Shown here piece by piece: positions 1 to 12,800 of a stretch of 64,000 bases of DNA. The translations under genes were made by a program, and so were the position numbers. Every line of letters begins with the position of its first letter. Position 1 is the stretch's first letter. The stretch is taken from positions 122,083 through 186,082 of the forward strand of contig BCKQ01000003.1 of assembly GCA_001600695.1 (NCBI GenBank), given 5' to 3'. The notes under the pieces were generated by a model. That model saw nothing but the letters and a program-made list of their open reading frames with translations, was not told the origin of the DNA and searched no databases. The stretch comes from Ascoidea asiatica JCM 7603. Lineage: Eukaryota; Fungi; Ascomycota.

Positions 1-95
<95 letters not shown>
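1..95 (+). repeat. (AAT)n microsatellite encoding a poly-Asn tract inside AVO1
   Basis: At least 31 perfect AAT units from the window edge, in frame with the ATG at 291 and with no intervening stop. Confidence 0.95.
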
Positions 96-97
<2 letters not shown>

Positions 98-3026
98 TAT
101 TAATGATAATGATAATGATAATCCTAGACTGATTGCTGCAACTACAGCAACCAATAATACTCTAATCTTACAAAACTCACTATACCCTAATAATAGCCAT
201 ATTAATAATAATGGTAATAATAATCTGAATGGTAATGATAATATTGATACCGACAATTCTTCGCTTTTAGAAAGCTCAAATAATACAATAATGCCACTAA
301 TAAATCAAAACCCAAATGTAACTACAAGCTCTAATTCTACTTCTAATTCAAATCAAACTTCTTCCACAACTTATTTGAATAATAGATCAAGTCTTGGGAA
401 TATATTAGATAGTTTGACTCTCCCAAAAGTCAGAAATCCTTTAAATTCAGCTATAACTTCCGCTAACGCAGAAGCAGATAATAAATTTATCCCAAGTCAA
501 CAAAATATTTATAATGGTCATTCTAATAATCATTCTATAAGTCTGAACAGGTTAAAGAAACATCAAGAAGATATTAATAGAAAAGCTATAGAACCTATAA
601 AAAAATCTGGTTATAGACAATCACTATCTAAAATATTATTCAATAGATCTACTCAATCTGATGATGATTCTAGTGATGAGGATGATGATATTGCCACTAA
701 TAATATCAATGATAAAACTTTTCTAAACCCAAACTTAAAAGATTATACTAACTCAGACACCGACATAAATGAAAATGATCTAAATTCGAGTTTAAATGAA
801 CTTGATATATCTTCAAGACAAGATGATTCTTCGATGTCTTTTTTTGATAGTTCTGATGAAGGTTTATTAACTGATGAGGTCGATGAAGACGATGAAGAAG
901 ATGATGATGATGATGATAGTAACAATCACATGGGACAAGATAGAATACCTCTTTCTGAAATGGATCATACCAATATAATAAAAAACAGTGATATTGTGAG
1001 TTTTTCAGACTCGGATTCAATTTTAGTTCCAGACTCCTTCATTCCAACAAGCTTTTCAAATACAAATGAATTAAATTTAAGTCATCCGAGTGCAGAAACC
1101 CAGGATAATTTTTTAGGAACTATAGCGACAAATTATAATAAAGATATAGATTTAGATGTGTATGGAAATCTATCTCAAAGACCAAAATCAAAAAGCAATG
1201 CGAGCGATAAATCTGGTTCCACTTCTTCAAAATATATTCACTCGATAAGAAACAGGCATAATAGTGTCGCTGTTGCTGAACCTTATCCTCCGAGGATATT
1301 TAGTAAAAGTGGTGTTCAATTAAAAATCAATAACTCAGAAATAAACTTAAGTCAGCTGAGAAAAAATCAAATTCAATCTGAAAAGCAAAATCATGATCAA
1401 AAAAAAAAAAAGGAACAAGAGCCGCAGATACCTTTTAATCTTTTTAAACAATTGGCTAAAAATAAAAAACCTATAGAATCAAAATTAAGTATAAGTTTGA
1501 ATAAGAAAGAAGAAAATAAATCCGAATGGGATATTCTTTCAATATTTGAAAAAGTTAATCTGATTTCGGGTAGCAGAAGAAATACTGCCAAAATTGAGGT
1601 TTATATCAAAGGTTCTAAATATTCTGAGTCGCCATTAAAATTAAGCATTTCAAAAGCTTGCAATGTCTTTGATTTAATTGGATTTATTTTATTGAGTCTT
1701 TCTAGAAATGCTACCAAAGAAAATAAAAAACTAGATAAAAAATATCTTAATCCAAATAAATGGGATTTGCAGATTTTCGATGAGGGAGAGCCTATGGAGG
1801 AAGATTTTGGTATTTTGAAAAGAACTTCTAGATTTTCAGATTACAATCCAGATGAACTAGGGTTAATAGAAGTTACTGATATTCAAGCTCGGGAAAATAA
1901 TAATATAACTCCATTGCCATTTGAATTGACCACAAATGAATCAAAAAAAACTGAGCCAACCAAATTAGAGAAAACTAGCCAAGACAAGAAATTATTCAAA
2001 ACTTTGACAAATATCGAGAAAGAAAGAGATTTTAGTGATTCAACATTAACTCGTGTTGCAACTTTAGATGGTGATTTTATGTTTCGAAAGCCAAGTAATT
2101 CTGACAGTCTTTTGTCCAGAAGATTGACAAATAAGTCTCGGAAGATAAATTTAAGTTCTAATTCTATTGCCATGACTCCTGTTAAAATTAAGGTATTTGT
2201 ATACCCCTCAAAGGTTGATTTTATTCCATTTTGGCTTCCTTTAAGCTCCAAAATCAATGAGGTCTTAAAAAAAGTATGTGAACAAAAAGGCTTTGATCCT
2301 AAAGATTATGCTTTGAAACCGTTAAATCAAAATGAATTATTATCTTTAGAGGATGATCTTTACTCATTAAATGATATGTATGAAATAGAATTGATTAGTA
2401 AAAATTTATCTCATCGTCTAGGGTTAAAGAAAATTAATAAAATTTCTTCAATTGGTAACGCGGAAGCTTTAACTAAAAAATTAACACTATCTTCATTGGC
2501 ACCAAATCCTGAATTTTTGAAGGACTTTCCTTCTATAAAATCATTGAATACTCCTTTAACAGGAAAAAAGTCTATTTTTTCTTCATCACTTAAAAGTAAA
2601 TCCAAATTTTTAAATCCTCATACTAGTAATAAAACAAAAAATAAAAGTATTCTCAGTAAAGAAGAAAAGGAAAATAATTCTCAATTTGAAAGATATACGG
2701 TATGGAGAAAGCAACCTATGGCATTCATAAATAAACATAAAAGAGTATTAGCTATTGATGGAGATTATATATATATATTACCATCGGATGAAGCCTTTGG
2801 TTATGGGTCTAGTATGCCAAAAACTTCAAGCTTTCATATTAAACAAATGAAAATTGTGAAACAATCTAGAAAGAATCCAATAAATTTCAAAATATTGATA
2901 AATAAACCCAACATGAATGATTTAATGAAACGTTATGATTTTGAAGCATTGAGTTTATCTCAGAGTTCTAAAATTGTTTCTAGACTAAAATCGGTTCAAG
3001 AAGCTTATAAAATGAACAATGTCTGA
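3..3026 (+). CDS. AVO1: TORC2 subunit Avo1/Sin1 (5'-truncated by the window edge)
   Basis: CRIM-like segment (VFDLIGFIL...LNPNKWDL...EEDFGILKRT) and C-terminal Sin1 PH domain (YTVWRKQPMAFINKHKRVLAIDGDYIYI...KRYDFEA). The frame is open from position 3 to the ATG at 291, so the true start is probably upstream of the window. Confidence 0.9.
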
Positions 3027-3338
3027 AATTGTGATTTTATTATTCTATAAAATATAGTACAAATTGATTATAATAATGTTTTTAATAGGAAAATCTTATG
3101 AAACAGAATTTTTATTTACAAATATATAAATTTTTTGAGGAAATGATTCAAAGATCCAAAGAAAGATGCTGGTCTAGTTTAAATTTTTCACATTTTTGCT
3201 ACAACATTTTTGTTTCTTCTTGCTTTTTTTAAATAATGACATAAGTTCTTTTAGAATATTAAGGTAGATTGAAATATGAAAAAAAAATTATTGATAAATG
3301 ATGGATGGCCAAATGTTCAAAATAAAAATAATTGAAGA

Positions 3339-4553
3339 CTAATGATTTGAACTAGTTTCTGATTGTAGTCTTTTATTTTCAATTTCAATTTCTTTTAATT
3401 TAACTTGTTTATCAAAATCATCTTTTAAAAATTTTTGAAATCTTTTAATTGCCCAATTTTTTCCAATAAATATAATATCTGGATCACTTTTACCTTCCGA
3501 TAAAGTAAACCTTTTCCAAAATGAAGGGTCTTTCATTCTATTATCTTCTTTTGGTAAATTTTTAAAATAAGTTTCTCTGATATCTAAAACTTTTGATCTA
3601 ATTTCTGCTGCTAATTGGCTTCTTAAATTTTTTACATCATCACCATTTTTTAAATTTTCAGTTAAATCTATTAATTTATTATTGAATTTTTTTTTTTCAT
3701 TATTTATTAAATCTTCCCATTTTTTCCTATAATTATTAATTAATTCATCATTTATTGGTTTTCCAATAATTATATTAATTTCATTTCTAAAATTTTGAGG
3801 TAAATATCTGCCAATTAAACTCTCAGCTGAATCTTCTGGAGCAATTTTTTCAAAACCAGTTGAGAAAATGGGTAAAATTATTGGAGGTTTAGTTGATTCA
3901 AGAATTAATCTTGAAATTCCCCATCTAAAATATCTCATTGAATTATTATGTGGGGGGTGTAATTGTAATACAAAACCTTCAGGAAAGATATGAAACCAGG
4001 AAGGTTTTTGTCTTATTATTGGATTTTTGTAAGTTGAATTTGAATTTGAATTTGAATTTGACTTTGAATTTGAAGATTTAAGTTCAATTGGTAAAGAATT
4101 GTCAGGAGACAAAATTCTTATTGCAGCATCAATAGAACCTTGAAATGGACCAACACCAAATCTTTCAGTTGATAAAATTTTTCCAAGACTAAAAAAATAA
4201 GATAAAGGATTATTTTTAAAAACAACATTACTTGCACCTAAACCCCAACGAATATCATCGATATTCATAAAAAATCTAAAAGGTAAAGCTCCCCATAAAA
4301 AAGGATCATCAACAACTGACATATGATTCATTACAGTTAATAAACCTCTATTTTCAATTCTTGCTTTTTTTAAAGCATTATCTAAATTTTCTAAACCTTG
4401 AACTTTTGGTTTATAAACAGTATATATGAATAATTTTGAAGTTGTAACAACAGATAAGCAAGTTAATTGACTAAAAAAATTCCAAAATTTATTTTGTCTT
4501 GGAAATTCATTTAAAAAGTCATCACCTCTTTCTAAAACAGCTGGTAATGACAT
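3339..4553 (-). CDS. TAZ1: Tafazzin, lysophospholipid/cardiolipin transacylase
   Basis: HxxxxD acyltransferase motif (NHMSVVDDP), HIFPEGFV, MRYFRWGISRLILE. The first ATG is at 4553; the track start at 4559 is a TTG. Confidence 0.95.
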   Translation of the reverse strand: MSLPAVLERGDDFLNEFPRQNKFWNFFSQLTCLSVVTTSKLFIYTVYKPKVQGLENLDNALKKARIENRGLLTVMNHMSVVDDPFLWGALPFRFFMNIDDIRWGLGASNVVFKNNPLSYFFSLGKILSTERFGVGPFQGSIDAAIRILSPDNSLPIELKSSNSKSNSNSNSNSTYKNPIIRQKPSWFHIFPEGFVLQLHPPHNNSMRYFRWGISRLILESTKPPIILPIFSTGFEKIAPEDSAESLIGRYLPQNFRNEINIIIGKPINDELINNYRKKWEDLINNEKKKFNNKLIDLTENLKNGDDVKNLRSQLAAEIRSKVLDIRETYFKNLPKEDNRMKDPSFWKRFTLSEGKSDPDIIFIGKNWAIKRFQKFLKDDFDKQVKLKEIEIENKRLQSETSSNH

Positions 4554-7500
4554 TTTCAAATGTATATTAATTTTACTTTTATTTTATATTCAAATTATAT
4601 AAAATTATAGTAAAAGATATACTAGCATATATTGATATATATCAAATTATATTGAATTATTTCAAATTCTATTTACAGGATTTATGATTCAAATTATTGC
4701 TTTCTTTTTTTCTTTTACTAAATATTCTATTGGTACTTTCCCTTAAAAATAAATTACGACTGTAGTCAATTAAAATAAGTCGAGTAGGATTCTAACATAC
4801 TCATCGGCAGAAGGAAAATCTCATTACAAGGAAAAAGATCTCTAAAAGCTCACCAACCGTAGGCACGTGCTAAAAATGTTGAAGCGCAATTGCAGAGGGT
4901 TTTAAAATGTAGACATGGGCCTCGCCACGTTTAGCCACTTAAAGCCACTATTATATTAATTGTGGCTGTAGGTCTTTATAAGTGGCTTTGGACAGGCCTA
5001 TTGAGGCGGTGCATGAATTAAGATTTTTGGACTCATCTGTGCACGTGCAATAAAGCCCCGTAGATAAAAAAAGTGTCTGCGCATTTATTGCACCACAAAA
5101 AAAGGTCTTGCGCTGTTTCGGATTATCTCAATTACTACCGGTGCTAAACGGTATATTGCACATAAACATGCATACTTCTTGCAAGTCACTTTTTTTTTAA
5201 TTTTGCCTGTCTCTATCTGCTGTTTTCTGCGAATATTTTTCCGGTGTGCTTGCTTGTTTCCTGTTTCCTTTCTAAATCAGGCAATCGCGGATATTTCCCC
5301 TTTTTGAATGTTTAGAAAAACTCCTGAATAACTCCAAATCAAAATCAAAATTGAAATCAAAATCAAAATCGAATTCAAACTCGAATTTGAATGAAGTAAA
5401 GTCATTAATAATGACATTTGTGATTTGTTTCTGCAAGTTTTTTTTGCTTTGTAGAATTTAGAGTGCTGGACGTGTCTTTTTTATTCGTTTGCATATATTT
5501 TGTAACTTCAATAAGTTTTGAAAGTCTTTTAGCTCATGTTTCTTGCAGTTTTTATGAGGTAAATCTTTCAAATTGTGTAAAATTAGCATCTTTTTGGATG
5601 AAATTGATTAGTTTTTAGTTTTTTTTTTTTTTACTCCTTTTAATCATTTGGTCACTTTTACAATTCAAAGGCCAATGTCCTTATCATTCGAATACAATAA
5701 TTACAATCATCATTGATCCTTTTAATTTATTTACTTTCCTTCATAAGTTTCTTTTTCCATTTTGCTTACTTCGATCTAATTACACAGCTTCTTAATTACA
5801 TAATTATTCAATTAACCTTGCAAATAAAGCAAATACTTATCAATTTGATGATAAATTCCATTTATGATTTGTATTTATTTTCCCAAAGAATGTTCAATAT
5901 ACACGTTCAAATTATTTTGTATTGTTGTTACTAAAATTTGTAATAATCCTACACAATTAAGCATTCACTTAATTCTTTTTTATTGGCTTAATTTTCTTTC
6001 ATTCACATTTCTGTTTCATTATTCTACTACAGTACTGTATTGTAGTTCTAGTAAGTACTATTAATACTTTAACAAAAGACTTCTTTTCAACTTTAATATC
6101 TTCCTTTGTTTTAGTTTTTGTTTTGTTTTTACCAAGCCCATTTGAAAATGTTTTATTTTTCAATAATAGTAATACAATAGTATTACAATAATAATACAAC
6201 TCAAAATTAAATAATAACATATACAAATTTAAAAATTCATATTTATTTTTTATCATTGTTCACTTTTATTACGTAACTTTACTATAATTTATTCTGTATT
6301 CATTCTACTACTAATAATCTCACTAAGAGTAGTAATTTCATGACTTTCAGGAACCAAAAAACAAAGAGAACCTTGTAAACATACTTGAAATTCTTCCTTG
6401 GAATTTTTTTATTGAAATTATTATTTTATTGAAGATCTTATTAATCTATTCAGAGTCACTCATTACATATCATTGATTGTTTCCCTTTTCACTTACGAAT
6501 TTAGTCAGAGAAATTTTCAAAATGCACTTTTATTATTATCACATTTCTTTATCAATTAAATTTGTACTCATATTAATCTTTCATTTTCAAACATATAAAA
6601 GTATATAAAATTTTTAAGATCCCATTCCTTAAATAAAATAAAATAAAATTAATTTCCTAAAAATTTATAAACCTTAAGTCATTTTTAAGCAAATAAGTAA
6701 TTAATATTCTTCTAAAAATATTTAAATTTTATTATATCACTGATAACAATTGTTCTTTATTGTACGTCTTAAATAAAGCATACCGAAACAATTCATTGTT
6801 CAATGAATAAAGATAAAGTTCAGGATAACATCCATTTAATTTCAATTTACTTGAGAACATAAACAATTATACTTAATTATGTTCTTAAAATAAATTATAA
6901 TTTACCGGTAAGGCCTATTTTTTGTACTTTTTGTATTGTTTTTATTTTCCTTTTTATTTTTTATTTTTTTTATTTTTTTAATTTTTTTTTTTCAATGAAA
7001 ATTTGGTAACTGTAATTGATTTAATTTTTTATAGCAAATAATAATTAAATATCCTAATATGATATGATTTTCGTAAACAACATCTGTCTCAAAAATATTT
7101 TTTCGCTTTGTCCATGATAAATTACAATTTACACTTTTTATAGTACTGCAATTTTTTTTATCTATTTTTAACTAACATTTAACTATTCTTACTATTGCTA
7201 CTATTCTTATTATTATTGTTGTTGTTATTGTTGTTGAATGATGTTTTGAACAATAGAATTTATTTCAAAACTTCATTTTTGTATTTTATATTAGACTTAT
7301 ACTTATCTTCGCTACTTCTACTTCTACTTAGCTTCTTTTATTTATTTCTTTTTTGATTCACTTTTGATTCAATTTCGCTTAAAATATACAAGATAACCAA
7401 TGTTAAAGATTATGACTACTGGCATTATATCATGAAATAGCCTAATCTAATCTAAATTGCTAGTACATGATCTAATTAGATTCTGAAGATAACCAACCAG

Positions 7501-8299
7501 CTAACCAGCGAGCCAATTAAGCATTTAATAAGTTATTTTATCATTCTATAATACTCTTATCAATGGAGTCAAATTTACCAAAAATTAATTCATTTTTATT
7601 ATTTTTATTCCCTCTTTGTTTAAATTGACTTCCTTGTATATATTTTTTCAATCTTAGCAACAAAATATATTATAATGAGCTTTGTAAATATGCAAATGAA
7701 TACATTGCCAATGAAAACAATAGGCAACTTATTCAAAAATAAATTTGTTGTAACTTAAAAAAAAAAAAAGGGTTTTTTTGTATTGTTTTATTTTAAAATA
7801 TGATCATCAATTTTATTCTATTAAACTTTCGCTTTTTTTTGATAACATATTTTAGACCAGTACTAGTACTAGTAATATTTTTGAATGGACTTGTAAAATT
7901 GTAAAACTATTTGGTATGGTTTATTAACACTTTCGAGATTGATTTCCACAACTAATTCTTTTTACAATTCCAAACCAAATAGTCAGCTATAAACTAAAAA
8001 GCTACTACAAAAAAATTTTACTTGAAATTTTAAAGAAATTAAATTAAATTAAATTCAATGTATTTTTATAATAATATATGTTAGATGAAATGTAAAAACA
8101 ACAAAGAAAACAAAAAAACAAAAACAAACAAAAGAAGAAATAAATATATAAATGAAAATAATTGATTAAAACTGAGATAATATCTTAAAAACTGAAAATG
8201 ATTTAAAAATCTAAAAAAAAATAAAAGTAAAAATTCCTTAAGTATAATTTAAACGAATTGAAACGAAAAATGCTATATAATGCACACATAATGATTAAT

Positions 8300-8361
8300 C
8301 TTTATATAATGATAAATTGTATAATTCTTTATATAATGATGAATTGTATAATTCTTTATAT
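8300..8361. repeat. 27-bp direct repeat (about 2.3 copies) in the ROX1 3' region
   Basis: CTTTATATAATGAT(A/G)AATTGTATAATT at 8300-8326 and 8327-8353, plus a partial third copy. Confidence 0.85.
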
Positions 8362-8390
8362 TTGTAAATATATATATATGACATTCGACT

Positions 8391-9848
8391 TTACTTAAAA
8401 GAACTGAATTTACTATTATATAAAGGAAGGTCTAAATTAGATAAAGGTGGTAAAGATATTGTAGATTCATTTTTAATTCTTGGATTATTATTTACAAATC
8501 CATGCAATCTTGGAAATTCATCATTTGAACTTGAATTTAAATGACTTGTTAACATTCTTAAAGGAGGTAATTTGAAACCATTGTTTTGATTACCATATGG
8601 ATGTTGATTAGAAATTTTAAGCAGAGATTGAAGGGGAATTTGACGTTCAGTTGGATTTTCTGAATGAACCTGATATGTTTCTTGTTCTAACTTTGGTTTT
8701 ATTTGAGTTTGTGGTCTTGGCTGGATTGAAACTTGATGCTGATGCTGTTGTTGAGGAAAATGCTGTTGAAATTGATCATGATTGAAAGGAACTTGGTCGA
8801 ATCCATTAGAAACGTTGCTTCTCATTTGAAAAGAACAAGTTGAAGAAGGGCGAGTTAAAGATTGTTGAGGTGAAGGAAGTGCAAAACTATTAGAGTTAAT
8901 ATTATTATTCAAGGGTTTAGGAGTAGATAAAAGACTTGAATCTGATCTAGAAGGTGAAATAGAGGAAGAAGAGTCTTTTTTAGAATCCTTATTAGCTCTA
9001 CAATATATACACAAATTTTTCTTTGCATTTCTTCTTGGAATATATCTATACCCAGGATATTTTTCAGCATGCCTTTTTTTTTCATCTTCAGCAGCTTTAT
9101 TCCAAAATTCCTTTTGTTTGGGATCTAAAGCTCTCCATCTTTTGCCTAATTCCCTGGAAACATCAGGATTAGTTCTGATCACATTGCCTTCATCTAAAAC
9201 AGATTGATGATATTGTTGACGGAATAAAATAAAAGCATTTCTTGGTCTTGGAATATGACTTGAATTAGAAGAATTTGAACCATTACTTGAATTTAATTTC
9301 GAATTTGAATGTAAGATCGAATTACGACATGTACATTTATCAGGTATATTTTTAAAAGAAGAATTTGATGATAAAGTTGGAGCACGACTTGATATTGGAG
9401 GAGAAACAGACCTTGGTCTTGGCTTAGATACTCGGTTTCTAGAATATGGAGAATATTGTGGATATTGAGAATATGAATTGAAGGAGTTATACAATTTAGA
9501 AGAATTGGGAGAATCATAAGTAGAAGGCTTATAGGAATTATTATAAGTTGAACTTAAAGGAGTATTTATATTATTATTGCTAATAATATTGTTGCTATTA
9601 TTATTGCTATTGGCATAAGGATAATTTTGTCTAGACTTAATTGATAAAGTTGATATTGAAGGTAAAGAACCATTGATGTATGAACTTGAATTAGTCATAG
9701 AATTATTAACATTACTAATATTATCATTAAATTGATTGAAATGATTAAGCTGGTTGAATTGATTGATTTGAAATTGATTTCTTTGAAAAGAATTATAATC
9801 ATTTATACTGTCGATATTATAATTATTGTGATAACCGGAATAATCCAT
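8391..9848 (-). CDS. ROX1: SOX/MATA-type HMG-box transcriptional repressor (Rox1/Rfg1 family)
   Basis: HIPRPRNAFILFRQ...NPDVSRELGKRWRAL...EKKRHAEKYPGYRYIPRR, with flanking CTC and CxxC and a Q/S-rich C-terminus carrying LPPL motifs. Confidence 0.85.
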   Translation of the reverse strand: MDYSGYHNNYNIDSINDYNSFQRNQFQINQFNQLNHFNQFNDNISNVNNSMTNSSSYINGSLPSISTLSIKSRQNYPYANSNNNSNNIISNNNINTPLSSTYNNSYKPSTYDSPNSSKLYNSFNSYSQYPQYSPYSRNRVSKPRPRSVSPPISSRAPTLSSNSSFKNIPDKCTCRNSILHSNSKLNSSNGSNSSNSSHIPRPRNAFILFRQQYHQSVLDEGNVIRTNPDVSRELGKRWRALDPKQKEFWNKAAEDEKKRHAEKYPGYRYIPRRNAKKNLCIYCRANKDSKKDSSSSISPSRSDSSLLSTPKPLNNNINSNSFALPSPQQSLTRPSSTCSFQMRSNVSNGFDQVPFNHDQFQQHFPQQQHQHQVSIQPRPQTQIKPKLEQETYQVHSENPTERQIPLQSLLKISNQHPYGNQNNGFKLPPLRMLTSHLNSSSNDEFPRLHGFVNNNPRIKNESTISLPPLSNLDLPLYNSKFSSFK

Positions 9849-12800
9849 TTTTATTATTTTTAAACAGCGAGCAATAAAGTTTATATAATATACAGTAGTG
9901 AAATATAAAGTATATTAAAATGTAAAATATATAATGTAAAGCGTATATTAGAAATATAATATGATAGATAATATGGTATTGTATTTTATTTTATTTTATA
10001 GTATAGTATAGTATAGTATAGTATAATATAATATTATAATTTATTTTTATATGTAGGTTATGATAAAGTAGAATATGTATTAAAGTGGATCTAAAAGAAA
10101 AGCAAACTAGATTTGATTTAATTTATTTTAAAATAAAAAAATGAAATAGAAAAGTAAAATAGAAAATTGGAAAAATTGAAGGGTACTTATATATCATTTT
10201 GATAAACTAAGAATTGGAGTATTAATAATAGTAAAGATAATGATAATAATGATAAAATTTAAAAGAGGTACTGTTTAAGAGTTAAATTTAAATATACGTA
10301 CTTTAATAATAATAAAAATATTAATAATAAAGTAGCCTAAAATTAAATCAATATTTTGTAAAAGAATTGTATAAGATTTTGAATAATTTCATCTGAGATT
10401 TGCACAAGATTGTAGATTTAAGATTGAATAAGATTGTGTAAGAATAAAATTGTGCCTGTACCTTACAATTGTATCAGAAGCATTTATTGTTGTTAATACT
10501 CATAATATTGATGTTGTGGAATTTGGAATTTGAAAATCTGAAAAATAGAAAATGGAAAAGGGAAATTGGAAATAAATATTAAAATAACATTTGAAATAAC
10601 ATTTTAAACTATTTGAAAAAGTTTTAAAATGATTACAAATTTTTTAAAAATATTTTAAAAATCATTTTAAAATTAGTCTAAGACAATTAAGATTTGAATT
10701 ATAAAAAACAAATAATAATAAATAAAATCATTCAGATAAATAAATATGTAAGATGAACGTAAATGGAGCAATAATAAAAGCATATGAATATAGACTTTTG
10801 AATTCAAGATTGCTCTAAGTTTTTATTTTGAATTTATTGATATCAGAATTTCACACTATGATATAAGATTGAAAGATTTCAGAAAGGAATAAAGCAAACA
10901 TAAAAATAAGCAAGCAAAATAGAAGCAATTGAAAAAAGAAGCAATTGAAAAAGAAGCAAATTGGAAGAAAATGAAGGAGAAACAAAAAGAAAGAAAAAAA
11001 AGGAAAGAAGATTTCAAATGTAAAGATAAAAAATGACGGGGGTTCAAAACAATACATTTGAGGAGTATGATGATATTGTATGAGATAACTAGTTTCTTTA
11101 ATTATTTTCACTTCTTGCTCGTACTTTTTGCACTTCTTTAAATTGTTGCACTGATTTAAGTATATTAGTTTCTACTAGTTTCTTTGCTTCTTTTTTGTTT
11201 TCATCAAAAATCACAATTCGCTTCCAAATCATAAAAGTGATAAAATTATTAGCTATAAACTAAGAAGATAAATACGTAATAGGATTATTTTACAAAACAA
11301 CTGTTGTCAAAATAATAATATTAGAGTATCATTAAACATCAAACAGATGGAAATGTGAATGGAAATGTGGTAACTGAGTCGTCACATTCTGTAAATGATT
11401 TCTACCTCCCAGAATTTTGTTTGAAATAAGGTTCCGAGCTTCAGGCAAGGGCCACCAATCAGCTTGCAGATGTAGACGGTCAGCTCCAATCAAGATTTTT
11501 GTACCAGTGCACGTAAAAGCGGGTTTGTTTTTGCCGCGGGTCTCCGCAGCTCGAGAACTAATCACAATTTATTTATTAATTTATTACATTATTAGTTTAT
11601 CTATTAATTAATTTATTGATTGAAAATTTATTAATCAATTAATTTATCACTTAATTAGTCAATGAAATAATTCTCCGATAATTAATTACAGCTTAGGTAA
11701 GTAATATTGTTGCTATTCAATTGATTTGTAAGAAAAAATGAAATTAAGGTTAACTGGAACTTTATCTTCACAGTGGGGCCAGTCCGTGCCGGCGTGTCAC
11801 CAATTGTTAAAACCAGCTGAAGAAAATCCGAAAGTGGTTACAAAGACAGAGACAATACTGCCAGCGAAACAAAATTTGATAGCAAACAAATAGTTTCTCT
11901 CAACAATAATCCCGGAATGCACCGCGCTGCTGGCGGATATTCCTTGAAAGTCCCTTAGATCCAGCTCCAGATTCAGATCCAGATTCAAATCTAGAGTCCC
12001 AAAGATCATAGTTGACACACAAAGACAAAAACACAAAAAGGGAACCACATATTCTTTCAGCTAGATTTGAATTGCTTCTTCTATTGTAGCTTTTATGAAT
12101 TTAATGAGCTCTCAGTTTTTTTGATGTAGTGTGATGATAAAAGATAGGTTGAATTTTCAAGTTCTCAAGAGAAAACTATCAAAAAAAAAAAGACACTAAA
12201 TTGTGATTATAATCTTACATCCTTTTAATTATATAACCTTCATCAAGATCTACAGTATAAATCTTTTGAGAATATCCTTTACATAACCTTACAAAGTTAA
12301 GTGGTAAGACACTTATTTTATGGCCAAAAGCCCAAATAAATCTGTAGTGTTGTGCGGTCCCGCAAAATCTTTGGCAAATAGAATGTAAGCAATACAGTAT
12401 AGTGCGCACTGCTTTACCGCACTGAGTTCTGAGTTACACAAAAAGGCTTGCTAAGCCGCTGATTTGTGTTTGACTATGCTTTCAAGCAAGAAATCTGTGG
12501 GACACTTTTTATATTTTCTTTATAAGTGGTGTTTGTAGCTTAAATGAAGAAGGTTACCTACAGTATTGATTGTCTTCTAGTTTAAGATTATCTTTATTAC
12601 AGAGTAGTGTACTGTGGGTTTACACACTACTAAAAACCCATTATATCATTTAATATTACTAATATCATTTGAAATGTTTAGAATATGCTATCATGATATC
12701 ATGTAGTTTTGGATCTCACGTCACTTTACTACAGTAATTTAATTACTTTGTTACAAATTTATATTGTTTTTCGGATTTTTTACTTACCAATTTATTAGAG

